Source: Veleropilina oligotropha
Lineage: Eukaryota
Reading direction: 5' to 3'
DNA length: 64,000 bases
Assembly (NCBI GenBank): GCA_048128005.1
Contig: JBEUKZ010000082.1
Coordinates: 62,001-126,000 of the forward strand
The notes under the pieces were generated by a model. The model was given only the letters and a program-made list of their open reading frames with translations. It made no database searches and was not told the DNA's origin. Of this stretch, positions 37,417 through 50,507 are shown piece after piece (position 1 is the first letter of the stretch; the number at the start of each line of letters is the position of its first letter). The position numbers and the translations under genes are program-made.

Positions 37417-38989
37417 AAGAAAGATTTCCTGCCATCACACCGCTATTTGTCCAAATTTTCCACCGCATTCATAATAATAGTAAGGTTGCAATGTACCCCG
37501 TTACAAAATGTCACATGTCACGGGGAAACCCGCCGTCTCCGACCAGCTACGGAAAACTGTGATTCATAACTTGAATAAACAAGTGATTGCCACTAAGTGG
37601 CGATTGTCCCCCGCCCGTATTATTGACCGCGTATATATTTTTGCACGCTGTGTATCAGTAACTCAATGAGAATTAAGAAAGATTTCCTGACATCAGAGGC
37701 TAAAGAGATAGATGTGCACCCAGAGACTAAGTGTAAATATACTTCAAGTACATAAATTAAATAATTTTCATTATTTAAATTTTATCCATCCCATCATGTG
37801 GATAGTTGATCTGTGAAGTTTCAGAAAGCTAAAATTTCTCTAAAAAAACATTCCCCATATTCGAAAAGGAAAGGATCAATGCTTATTGTCCTGTATATTT
37901 CCAACCTATTTAGGTTCAAACCAGGATATGTCCGTCTTATGGCGGGAGGAAAGCCCGGTCGCCCGGTGAAACCCGCCCTCTTGGGCCAGTTACGGACAAC
38001 TGTGATTCATAACTTTCATGTGATTAATTGATCGGTAATGTTTGAGAAAGTTAGAAATTCTCAATATGAAAAAAATTGTGAGAAAATAGATCACATCTTA
38101 TGCTTCCAGAGACTATGTTCAGAAGTGCTGATAAGTCACCAAAAAAATAAATTCCGCTAAATTATATGTATCACCCATCCCCGTTTACTTTGTCAAGTAA
38201 GAATTCAGAAGTACTACCCATGCAGTGCTGATCCTAATATAGTTATTGCAAAACTTAAAGTTTCGGAGAAACAGAAATAAAGACAAAATCTTATTATTAT
38301 ATGCTCGAGATTAAATAATATAATAATATATTTCCATTTCGTAGGTAATAAGTTATTGTAGTAGTCACACTAAATTATCTCCCTTGGTATAGAAATGCAA
38401 TATGCTACTTGCCGAACGAACCGTATTCTTATATCCTATTAAACTTAATATAATTTCATATACATGTTACTTTAGTTACAAAAACTGTTATTTTATAGAG
38501 TTTAAATCTCTATATCTTCGCGCAAATATTGTTAAAATATCAGCGCGATATTATTATAAGGGAAAGTCGCCAAATACGAGCCTCATACGAATATCACTGT
38601 AACCGGAATATAGCGAAAATGACCGACGATAAGAACGATGTTGAAAAGCAATGATAGGAAATACCGAATGCTTCCGAATACCACTACTCGGCACTGCACG
38701 GAAATAGCCAGAGTGGATTCAATTCACTCGCTGCGACAGCGTGAAAGTCGAAAGCGAAACAATTGAACCATGCCGCGACGCCGCGTACGTTACGAGCTGT
38801 ATTAACAGAAAATAATAATAAAAGAAACATGATTTTATAAGTATATTTATTGATTTATCATATTAATTATTGGCACTCAATTTCTGACTCCGGCAAATTC
38901 AAGCGAGCAGCACTGGTGGTCCACCGGGACACAGACAGTAATTATCTAGTTTCCCGATCACAAATTTGGTCGTCTTGGGCCACGGTTAA

Positions 38990-39435
38990 TTTCGATCCCT
39001 GCTGTTACACGTACCATGAACACGTTTGGCAACTTGAACGGATACAAAGGAAAGCTGCCTCCAGGCTCTTTGTATTGCGCCAATACCGATCTATGGCCCG
39101 TGGATGCGCCACTAACATGTTCAAAGACCTGGACTTGATTAACCTACAGGAACGATGAAAGGAGCTTCGCCTTACATTATGATTTCTGTTTAAAGTGGTG
39201 GATGGGGCTGTATTCCCAAAGAAAAACGCTGAGTTCGAGCTCGACAATCGATGCAATGAATTCGTAGCTTCAAACATCGTTGAAAACTCAGAAACAAACA
39301 ACAGCCGGTGCTTGAAAACAATAACTGGACAAACAAACCAATAATTGGACGAACAAACCAATAATTGGACGAACAAACCAATAACTGGATGAACAAACTC
39401 TTTGAAGCAATCCTTTTTCCCAGGACTATAATAGC
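38990..39435 (+). mobile_element. Decayed CR1-group LINE 3' fragment with an internal 20-bp tandem repeat
   Basis: LERIQRKAA...LINLQER and FFPRTI-like remnants. ACAAACCAATAATTGGACGA is repeated at about 39334-39398. Confidence 0.65.
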
Positions 39436-42400
39436 GATCATGCAGTGAGAGTTCTTCACACTAACGTGTTATTGTATAAGGAAAAGACAAAGAACGAATT
39501 CAAGGGCAGATAACTACACAACATACTATGGATTCAAAACCTTTGTCAAAAACTGGAAACATAATTATTTTCCCGGTTATGCGTATCTCAATAATCTCGT
39601 AAGGACGGGATCTCCTTTCTCATTATTTTCCATGATCGATTTATGCGACCTGACATCACGAGTTTTGAAACGGGCTTTGCCGAACCGCGTAAGGTCGGGT
39701 CTTGGCTATGTCACGTAATATTCAACCAATGAGAGAGTTGCTGGTCATTCTTGGCATGGTTGATTGCACACAAAATTAATATGCTACAGGTACTACCTAG
39801 TGACGAGCACGAATATTATATACCGGCATATGCATATCGGGAAATCTAGTAACGAATGCCTTTATTTATGACCATGTGCCTTTCATGGACTACTGAAACG
39901 CGTGCCGTTAGAGAAGATACGGATAAACGTGATGCTCATAACCAGAAGACGAAATAATTCTGTTTCGAGTGATAACAGAGTTAGTGTGAAGAGCTCGCAA
40001 TTATTTATTTGTGCAATGCCAAGAACAGACCAGCAAATCTCTCTAGACTGGAACAAATTACTGAATACATAGGTTGCAGATGACGTCACGCAGTCCCATA
40101 ATTCTGTGCGCGGCGCCATTACAGAAGGAAAGGAATAACATGAGGGATATAAGATTACAGTATAAATCGATTCAATTATGTGAAAATAAATGATAAAGAT
40201 AGAAATTCACGGAAGCGTTGTGACGGTACTTTCAATATATTAAATATATATTGTCGTTTGGGTTCGATTTGGTTTAGTTCATACAACAACAGCAGAGCCT
40301 TCGTCATTTAAATTAAATAACTGGTCCAATTTTAGGCTATTAATTAAGCCTAACCATAGCTAAAATTTCATTAGAATCTTACAATTAGCCTTATAAATAC
40401 CTTTTGTGTTCTTTATTCAACTGTCGACGGTAACAATAGCGTTGAACATCCATCGAATTGAAATAAAATCAGACGGCCATCAACGTTTGATACATCGATT
40501 CATATTGTTTTAAAACGTAAAAGTAGGCGCCTACGTTAGTCCCTTTGATCGGAAATGTTGTCCATTGTAATGTGAAAGCAATTTTCGCATTCCGAGTGTA
40601 TTTCGGTATTTATATATTTAATCTAAAATTCGAGCTTATAAATTATTTCGTGCATGCCTCGGATCTGTGCACATATGGCGACTGCTAGGGAACAAACACG
40701 TGCGCGCAGTGATATAGCTGTGGATTTTCCAAACATGTGCGTTAAGCTTAGTACTTTTTGAAAAAACCCAAAATAAAAATAAAAGCTTTAATATGTTACC
40801 ATTGGAAGTGTAGGTATACAGCATATTTTTGGTTTAATTTTATAAACTTTGAAAGACAGACATTAGATCAAGAACTATATTTTATTGCGGAACGTTCAAA
40901 TTGCGCAAGCTGGTTATTTCAGTCTCTTCATATAACAATGTAAGGAACGATAACTCTCTCTGGAGAGCGGCTCGACCCTCCATTGCATATCACAAATCAA
41001 CTACTAAGTTCCCTAATTTTCCTTGTTTAATAATCTTATCAATAATAAATATTATTAAAAATCACAATCACGTACATAATGAATATATACCGATATAGGT
41101 CTGGCGTCCAACTGCGGGCGGCTTTGCGGAAACAATCAACGAGCTCTACAACCGTCTTCTGATGGGTGACTACTTTCACCGCGAAGTGGTCATTTCACAT
41201 CGTAAATGTTTTTGGCATCTCCGCCGAACTACATTTTAATAACATCAACCATATTTCTTAATATAAATGGTTGTTATTCTGTTCATAAATAGTCTTGTAG
41301 TCGTATGCATTATTAAATTAAAGAGATTTGAATGCAATATTTAAATGCAAAGTTTATTCACACCTGACGAGAACAACAGGTGCGTTATGCCGAGATCATA
41401 CGGAAATGCTCGATTCATTCAGCGCGATTTGCCGATATGCCCTATCTTAAGATTGGGCTGCGCGGTCTGTAGATCATATTTACGCAATCGCGCATTTTTT
41501 TAGCATGACTATCACTTGAAATGCTGTCCTACGTTTAAAGATGCAGGATCTACTTCAGATCGCTAAAATGTATTTAAATGCTGTTCAATCTTACACTTTC
41601 TGCATTGATTTATTGCATATAGTTAGAACGTTTCAGAGATTACCACACACCGCAAAATTGTTTTTCACTTAGTAATAAATATTTGAATTTTTTGTATTGA
41701 ATTATAAGCGCGCGCTCATAATTCGAGCCGATTGTACGTGAGATTTATACGGAAATGAACGACGGCTCAACACGTCACTTAGCTCCGCCCTAAATCACTC
41801 TCGCGATCTACCGGGTCATTTCAAGGTCGACCTTGTCTGAGTTTGTTTATATCGGTTTCCATGGCGGATGTCGACACGAGAAAGAGAGGCAGGCCGCCGT
41901 TATCGACTGTGAAATGGATGTACGCGAAAAACTTGAAATAATAAATATCGCTATAAATGAAAATTGGATGCGGCTACTTCAACTTGTAAACAAACAGTGA
42001 AGCACTTGAAACAGTGAACGCCCACGTCATTACAATGTCGCGGTGCGCAATAGGCCTAATTAGTTTGTGAAATAAATATGGTTATTATGTTAGTATTGCT
42101 GCCATATACTACAATTATGAGAAAGTAGCTATATGTTTCAATGCAATACATCAATTTCAGCGAACCGATAAACACTGACCTCCATTTTGCTTGCTGTGTG
42201 ATGTCAATCATAGACGTAATCATATTTAGGTCTATGTGTCGATCAAATCGACGGGACCACGTGACGTTTGACCCAAAAACGATCGGGTGTGTCCGTCCCC
42301 GATAAATGAGATAAGATGGCTCCGGAGGATTGACGCGCTGATTAAAATACCACGTCGGCTGAAGCGATTATTAAATGCTAGCAACACCTTTTGTTGCATT

Positions 42401-43272
42401 TTAACTTTTCCTTCGTCCTAAAAACATGTCATGTATCGTATCGTATTTATAGTTTTATTTTATACGAAATATCATACGAATGTAGATTCAGCATCTTTAA
42501 ATATTAAATACGTTTTTGGTCGCAATATACATAGAATGAACATGTGCTGTGCTAACGATATAGAGGGATCTACCCATGTATAGATCTATATTGTTAACGT
42601 ATAAAAATGGCTAGTAAAAATGTAGATGACTTTTGCGACTGTCAAAGAAAATCCATATCTAGGTTTATCACATGACAAAGCTGTTATGGAACGGTAGGAA
42701 CCGTTCAATAAATTTCGATACAAAAAGACACGTCTCATAAGTATGCAAATGAGGGCGAGCATGTCGGCCGATCATCGCATCTGGCGCCAAGTTGATTAGG
42801 CGGCGTATCATCCTCATTAACATATTGAATAATTCATACGCGTTGACTCGTCGATTACTGACGTTGAACTATATTTTATTGGCGTACTGGCGTGGCACGT
42901 GCTTTCGAGGCGTGATGCTTCTGAGGCAATGGCAATTTGTGGCTGAAAGTACTGACATAAATAAGTTTTAAAACGTAAAGAAATGTGTTTAAAAACGCAA
43001 TAAAATAAGGTTAAAGGTAAATAAAGTCATGTGATAAAGAAGATATGAAACTTGGGTCCATTTCATGAGAATTATGAAACTCGTCAGCAAATTTATGTAC
43101 CTCGCCAAGGCTCGGTACATAAATTGTGCCCGACTCGTTTCATAATTCTCATATGGAATGGACACTCGTTCGATATCCTCTATATATATGTTTTTAACAT
43201 AAACAACACATTATCTTAAAGAGACTCTTGCCCGTTAATGCGCTCTTTCTTTTTAAAAAAGAAAACTAACAG

Positions 43273-43595
43273 CAGGCGCGGATCCAGGGGGGGGCGCACC
43301 CGGCGCCCCCCCCCTAAAGTTGGCCAAGCATATTAAAATAATATGCATAAGCTGATACAAATGACTTTCAGAACATTATAAATAGGCTGTTGCAATGTAA
43401 TAATGCAGGAGGGGGGATTTCACATCGTTAATTGTCAAAATTCGCTTTTGCCCTGTCAGAGTGCAGGAGGGCGGAGTTTCAGGCTGTTGATTCTCAAAAT
43501 TTTCTTTCGCGTGGAGCCCCGCCCCCGCGCGAACAGTTGATAGTAAATTCAGCGCCCCCCACCCCCCATAAGCGAAATTCCTGGATCCGCGCCTG
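43273..43595. mobile_element. MITE with 5-bp TSD
   Basis: 16-bp TIR CAGGCGCGGATCCAGG; TSD AACAG. The empty site is visible in the copy near 51525. Confidence 0.92.
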
Positions 43596-43801
43596 AACAG
43601 CATTACACTTTTTGTTTATAATATACAAAGTTAGGAATTTTCAACACTCAACGTTCGTCAGTAATTTGCTACCGTTTAAGTTAATCGCTACTGAATATTT
43701 AAAAATAATAAAACGCGGTCCGCGTTTAATTACCTCGCACCGAGTTCATTTCAAATTGACCCAGTTGGAGCACAGTTGCGTTGGTTTCTGCTCGTCAAGT
43801 A

Positions 43802-44737
43802 AAGTCATGGTGTACGATGGGCTACGATGGTATGGTCGTGGAGTATCGTGGAGTCCATCTTGCGTCGCCGTACGATTGTGAAGCCTGTGAGGGCCATCGT
43901 ACGTTGAAAAATCATCTTTCGAAATGTTTAAAAGACGGTCCACGATGGTGAACGTCGTATGATCGTCGTACGATTATCGTACGATGACGTAGACCATCGT
44001 ACGATGACGTAGACCACCGTGCGACCACGCAAATAACTTTCACCTGTCCGCAGGTAAATTTCAGACACGTACGATATCGTACGGTATCGTACGACCGTCC
44101 TGCGAGGCACAGTATCATCTTGCGTGCTACGTTGGGGGTGGTTACTTTCAGAGTATATAAACCCCGGCCATCGGACATCACTTCCTCTTCATCGGTTCGC
44201 GCAGGGTCTCCCTGGTGATCTATCTCCGACTCTGCCACTTCCTGCTGCATCAGGTCTTGTTGCCCAGGGTTGTCCTCAACAACAGATGCCGGCTGCCTCA
44301 CCTTTTCCTTGCTGTGCCCCATGCTCTTAACACCTTTTGGAGCCATCTTATTTTAATTTATAAAAGTTGTGTACAGAACTGAAAATGGACATGAAATGAA
44401 TTATATACCTACCTGTTATGACCCACGACGTCGTACATCATCGTACGATCACGTGAGACAATCGCAGGATGGTCGCGCGTCGTCGTACGACGTGCCCATC
44501 GATGTATGATGTCGTACGATGTACCCCGATAAAGTCGTACGACGTCGTACGACTTCACCGGGGTACATCGGCTATCATCGGATGCTATATCATACGGTGA
44601 CACACGTCATCTTACGATGGTCGTGCGAAGACGTGCGTTGTCGTATGATTGCAATAGCAAAATATTTTATTGTCTACCATCGTAGGTTTGGCCCATCGTA
44701 GGCCTACATCATCGCAGGCTCTGTGGGACAATGGCTT
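43802..44737. mobile_element. Non-autonomous DNA transposon (TA or TAA target, Harbinger-like) rich in ATCGTACGAT motifs
   Basis: The empty site AAGTAAGATAG is seen near 51730. Imperfect TIRs AAGTCATGGT and ACAATGGCTT. Confidence 0.8.
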
Positions 44738-45084
44738 TAAGATAGCTTTCTACTTGACAATAACATATATTTCCCAGTTAAAATAATAATTTCAATAAAA
44801 GTCTATCATTTGATCATATATCGATCATATTTTCGCGAAATTTGTATCAATCTGCTCGAACCGGGCGATAGATGGTGTCATGACAACTCGTGCCAGAGAC
44901 GACTCGTGCGAAAGAGCGCATTTACGGGAAATAGTCTCTTTAACATAAAGTTCAAACTAATAGCACCACATGTAAGACCTACTGTATTCGTAAAATATTA
45001 TATAAATAATATTAATATTATTATGATACTGTAACACTAAAATAATATTTGAAAAAGATTTCACTTACTTTTGGGACGTATAGT

Positions 45085-45850
45085 TGAAACATATCCGACG
45101 TTTCGGCTACTTAATTAGTAACCTTGGTCACGTGATGACTCAGTGACGATCGGCCGCTCAGGGTGTTGTGGAAGGATCTGGCGGTAAATGGAAGGATGTA
45201 GCCCTGGTCACGATTCATGGAAGGTCGATGTTGTTGGATATATCTATCGCCTCTTTCGTCTGTTCCAATCTGTTTCCCTGGCGAGAACTTTGGTGTTGTT
45301 GAAAGACACTGAATGTCCAGTGGCATTGTAGTGGTCTCCCACTTGTCTCCCACTTGTCTAGCCTGCAGTGTTCCGTGACTCGTTTTCGAAGGGGGCATTT
45401 GGTCTCACCGATATGTGTGTGATGCATCCTGGTCCACATATATATTATCTTTGATCGTTTTGTCTTTGGGGTATACTAGCACAGATCTTATGGTATTGGC
45501 TGGTTTTTGGAACATGGAGACCACATGGGACTTGTAGATGCGCTCTATGTGTTCTGAGAGTCCTTTGACATATGGGATTCCAATTGATGGTCCCTTGGGC
45601 CTGTTGTTGTTCGACACAAGCTTTGTTGTGGGTTTCTGTTTTGGAGGTGGCAACTTTAGCGACCATTCACTATACCCATTGGCTTTGTGAGCTGGATGGA
45701 CATGGTGAATCTCATATATGTTGTCGTCTGGTGTAGTGACGTACTCATTGACTCGGGACATGAGAGTTCTGACGACGGACCGTTTGGGTTGAAGAGGGTG
45801 ATGCGAGGCGAAGTTCAGGTACTGGTCTGTGTGTCGGTTTCCGGTAAACC
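45085..45850 (-). mobile_element. Penelope-like retroelement fragment (RT thumb, linker, GIY-YIG remnant, 3' end)
   Basis: TDQYLNFASHHP, KRSVVRTL, IPYVKGLSE, KPANTIRSVLV.PKD and IGETK..L..RVTEH motifs, with frameshifts. Confidence 0.88.
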
Positions 45851-47333
45851 GTGAACAACATTTTATCCATTGTACTAAAATAATAGTTTGGAGCTACAAT
45901 TCCACGGCAGAAATTCCAGCTATAGGCCTAGGCATTGTAAGCCATGTCTTCAAATGCAGTCTTTCATGTTAAAAAAATTATGTTTATGACTGAAGCGATT
46001 ATATAATAATTGAAGTACTTTATGTTGCATGAGTAGGTGATAAATTCACACAATAATGTTGTAGTTTTATTTCGATTGTAAATTACGCAATGAACCGGAA
46101 TCAGCATCTGTAAATTAAATGCAACATCACGGCTAAAGTAATTGACCCAACACCAAAGAAAAATGTGTCATTGGGAAAAATAAACAACATATGTGTATAC
46201 AAAAACATCAATTGCACAAATAGGTTGTACTAAATTAATTTAATATCACAATGAGAATAGCAGCATCAATAGTATACAACATTCACCGATTTCCAAGTGC
46301 CATTATGTCTGCTGTTGCTTGATGCCGTGGTTAATAATAATCAGAATGCGCGCTGCGGTCCGGAATCTCCACATGGAGGATTTGAATTTGTTTCATCGGG
46401 GATCCCACCCCGTGCCGGTGGCTATCTTTCGTCTGGTTCCTACACTTTGATCGAGCCAATTTGTCGGCCAACTAATCGGGCAACTAGCTGATTATTGCCT
46501 GTGTTAATATGCCGTTCGACCAGAAATAGGGATAGTCTCTATAATATTAAATGGGCGATATCAGCCCAACGTTTTGGTCCCAATTAGTTGACCAACAAGT
46601 TGGCTCGTGTGAATCCAGCTTACTAGTTTCCCAATTTATAGTTGGCCGACAAATAGGCTCATGCAAATTCAGTTTCAAGCTGGATTTACACGGGTCAATT
46701 TGTCGATCAACTAATTGGGCAATTTAAATGCATATATTGCAAAAAAACGAAAATGTTTTAATAAACACCAGGGTAGCCAGGTAGTATTGTGGATAAGAGC
46801 CTGACCCCCTATTCACTAGCTTGATGTCTCATTAACAGGAGTGGGTCCAATTCCTCGACTGGGCACCTTGTTCAATTAATTATACGAGAACCCTGGTTTA
46901 ACCTATATCCTCGTTACCTATGTTCCAATATGACCATGCATTGACATTTGCCGGTATCCCAGGACAACCTAGCTGCCATTTCCGAACGGTTATGGACAAC
47001 TGAAACTGTTAACGGAACGAAGAGTCCCTCGTTTTGGACAGAGCAGTCCAGTGGGTGAATTCAGTGTTCCCACCCGGGGGGGCCGGGTCTTTTTTAAGGA
47101 ATCGTGAGCTAAAGATTGACTCAGGATTGTCTTTATTTAGACCTTGCCCAACTGCATCCATTTATCATGAGAAAGTGGCGGATGTTTATGGCCAACGAGA
47201 TCGCTGCTATGTGTATGACGAAGCGTTCACGGGTTCAATGTTCTCAAAATAATTATCTTGATATCAGGTCAGTTCAGTGATCCCATCCTCATGTTTGAGG
47301 GTCGGGGTCTACGGTCCTTGACACCAGATTCCT

Positions 47334-47625
47334 TCAACTTGCTCTATCTCTCACAGTGGTTGTACTATCACGCATGTCCACTCCCTGACGCCATCTGTCC
47401 ATCCCCGTCTTGGTCTTCCCGGAGTGTTGTCCTTCCATCCTTCCTAGCAGGATTCGGCCCTGGTGACATGGCCAAAGTATAAGCCCCTTCTTCATTTTGA
47501 TACGTATTATCATACTTCTCTTTACGTTAAGCTCTTCCAGGACAGACTCGTTCGTTTTGTGCTCCGTCCAACTGACCCTCAACACTCTTCGGTAGCCAAT
47601 TTAAACATCTTGAACGCTTCTATTA
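47334..47625 (-). mobile_element. RTE-clade LINE 3' fragment
   Basis: LRVSWTEHKTNESVLEEL is characteristic of the RTE C-terminus. Confidence 0.75.
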
Positions 47626-47924
47626 TACTGATGATGTTTTTGTCATTTTCGTCCTTGTCGCACTCTCTTACACATACGATGCTACCGACAACGACAGTGG
47701 TCTCAAGAGGCCGACTTTGTGTTTAAATAGGAACTCTTTACAATAATTATTAGCTTTGCAATTAACTTAGATAATATGCCGTAGTTCATCTATACAATAC
47801 CACTTAGTCGCTGTTCTTCAATTATATTATCTTCAATACGTCTTAATGCTGAAAACGATATCTCAGCTTTCTAATCCGCATTTGAAGAATATACAACATT
47901 GTGATACAAACAACATTCTAATTA

Positions 47925-50110
47925 AGGCGTTGCCCGAGTGATTCTTGGAGTACATTCGGTCATCAAAATTAACAAAATTAAAGAAGATCTCCGAAATATA
48001 AACTGGGAGGGAACAAAAAACGTAAATGCTAAAGAATGTTGGGAGTCTTTTCGAAATAACATCGAAGAAATAATAAAAAGAAATGTTCCATTAAAGTGTA
48101 GACGCAAAAACAATCACCACCATGGTTAACAAGGAAAGTAAGAAAAATTATAAGAAGGACATTTAAACGTTGGAAACGATACAGAGAGTCACATGACAAA
48201 GATGACCACCAAAAATATAAAGAATGCGAGAAAACAAGTAAAAAAGAGATCTGTGCAGCCAAAAAAGCTTTCGAAGAAAATCTAACAACAAAAAATGCTT
48301 ACATAAGGTCAAAACAAAAAACAAAAGATGTCCCCTGAACGATGAAAATGGAAACGTAGTATGGGATGATGCAAAAATCTCAGAATCCCTAAACAAGTAT
48401 ATTGCATCTAGAGGATACGGTAAATATTCCACCGGTCAAGCATATATTTCAAGACCATGAAAATTTTTGTGAAAGTATCGAAATTCCTACGGAAATGGTT
48501 GCAGAAAAGATAAGCTTATTAAATGTCACTAAAGCTCCAGGTCGACACAGCATATATGCTAAATGGCTAAAAGCAGGTAAGGATGAATTAGTAAAGCCAT
48601 TAACCTTGATATTCAATAAATCTCTACAAGAAGGCAGCTTGCCTGATGACTAGAAAACTGGAAACATTACCCCAATCTTTAATAAAGGAATTAGAGCAAA
48701 TACCCAAAATTATCGACCTGCTAGTCTGACATCAATATAGTAGGCAAAATAATGGAATCTATCTTAAAGGATACTATCTTAAAACACATAAATGTGTTTG
48801 GCCTACTAAACCTTAGTCAACATGGGTTTATGAGAAAAGATCTTGCTTAACCAACTTACTGGAATTTTTGAAGATGTAACAACTGCAATCGACACGGGAA
48901 AACCAGTTGATATGATTTTATCGAATGCCTTTTGAAAATCAAGATATATGATAATATCATATATCTTGATTTTCAAAAAGCATTCGATAAAGTACCACAT
49001 AAAAGACTATTACAAAAAATAAGTAATCATGGAATAAAGGGCCCAATACTAAATTGGATACGTACGTGGCTAGAAAATAATAAATGGGATTAAGTCAAAG
49101 TGGAAGCCGGTATTAAGTGGAGAACCTCAAGGTTCTGATTTGGGCCCATTGTTGTTTCTCATATATTTAAATGACATTGATGACGTCATTACATCTCTAG
49201 TAAAAAGTTCGTTGATGATACCAAATTGAATAGAATTATCGAAACTGAAGAAGATGCAAACAAACTTCAAAGTGACTTAAATAATGTGGTAAAGTGGTCT
49301 GAGGATTGACAAATGCTTTTCAACACCAGTAAATGTAAAGTAATGCATGTGGGCTATAACAGCAAAAGCTATAATTATTAAGTGGGTTCGTAAACTTTAG
49401 AAGTAGTGGCAAAAGAAAAGGATTTGGGTGTATGGGTAGACAAGATATTGAAACCATCTAATCAATGTGCAGATTCCGCCAAAAAGGGAAATCAAATATT
49501 AGGAATGATAAAGAGAAACTTTAATTTTAAATCCAACGCCACCATAACACGCCTATACAAGCAAATGGTTAGGTCGCATTTAGAATATGCAGTACAAGCA
49601 TGGTGTCCATATCTTGCAAAGGATATCAAAATTTTAGAGCAAGTCCAAAGAAGAGCCACGAAATTGATAGGCAAGTTGAGGGAATTACCATATGAGGACA
49701 GACTAAGAGCACTCAACCTCACAACATTATCTTTGAGAAGGATAAGGGGTGATATGATTCAGGTGTTTAAAATGTTTACAGGAAAAGAGTTTACAGGAAC
49801 GTTGACAAGAGTTTCTTTTTTCAGATGAACCAAAAGCATACCAATATATAGGGGGCATCAATTCAAGATTTACAAAAAACGATTCCGACTGGACGTTAGA
49901 AAACTCTTTTTCTCAAATCGGGTTGTCGATGAATGGAATAATCTTCCAAATAATGTAGTGGAAGCGACGTCTGTAAATCAATTTATGAGCATTTCAAGAA
50001 ACAGGGCCGGTTATAGATGACAAGATTACTACAATGGGTTTTTATATGAGTGGCAGTAATTAATGCGCTTTCTAAACCCAAACATATATTTAAATCTATT
50101 CTATGTAAAT
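47925..50110 (+). mobile_element. Decayed CR1-type LINE (RT and C-terminal region, many stops and frameshifts)
   Basis: Fragments LVKPLTLIFNKSL, YLDFQKAFDKV, LEYAVQAWCPY...EQVQRRATKLI, RRIRGDMIQVFK, FFSNRVVDEWNNLP. Confidence 0.9.
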
Positions 50111-50380
50111 CATGGCGTTAATTTATTCCGCCATACATAATGTGGGGGTGTTATCACACTGTGTGCTATTCGATATACACTGTCGATGTTGCGTATATAT
50201 ATTGACGGGCGGCAAATAGAATCAATTCAATTCTACATGAAAAATCTCAAGATCGCGCAAATCGATAAAATGGGCAATCACAATCTCAAGTTTACGCAAG
50301 CTATACGACAGATTGCAACGCACCAGCTGCAGCGGAGAAGCGGTTCTCTGGAGACCTCTGAATATATCACCGCTTACAAA

Positions 50381-50507
50381 ATGGCGGATGCAAAGGGGAG
50401 AATAAAAATTTCTTGCCCCGAAAACATCGCCGAATTTAGCACGGAAGATGTGGTTCTTCTGGGCCAACAGATCGGGATCACTCAACAAGGACAACGGTCG
50501 CTTATGG
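50381..50507 (+). CDS. Exon 1 of a SAM-domain protein (MADAKGRIKISCPENIAEFSTEDVVLLGQQIGITQQGQRSLM)
   Basis: CAAAATGGCGG start context and G|gtaaaa donor in phase 1. FSTEDV...IGI resembles the first SAM helices and joins in frame to 54247. Confidence 0.75.

Larger units (their letters stand above)
43220..44939. mobile_element. Kolobok-like TTAA element (copy A) carrying two nested insertions
   Basis: TIR of about 27 bp (AGAGACTATTGCCCGTAAATGCGCTCT) flanked by TTAA. Homologous to 51477-51821 and 55746-56218. Confidence 0.85.
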
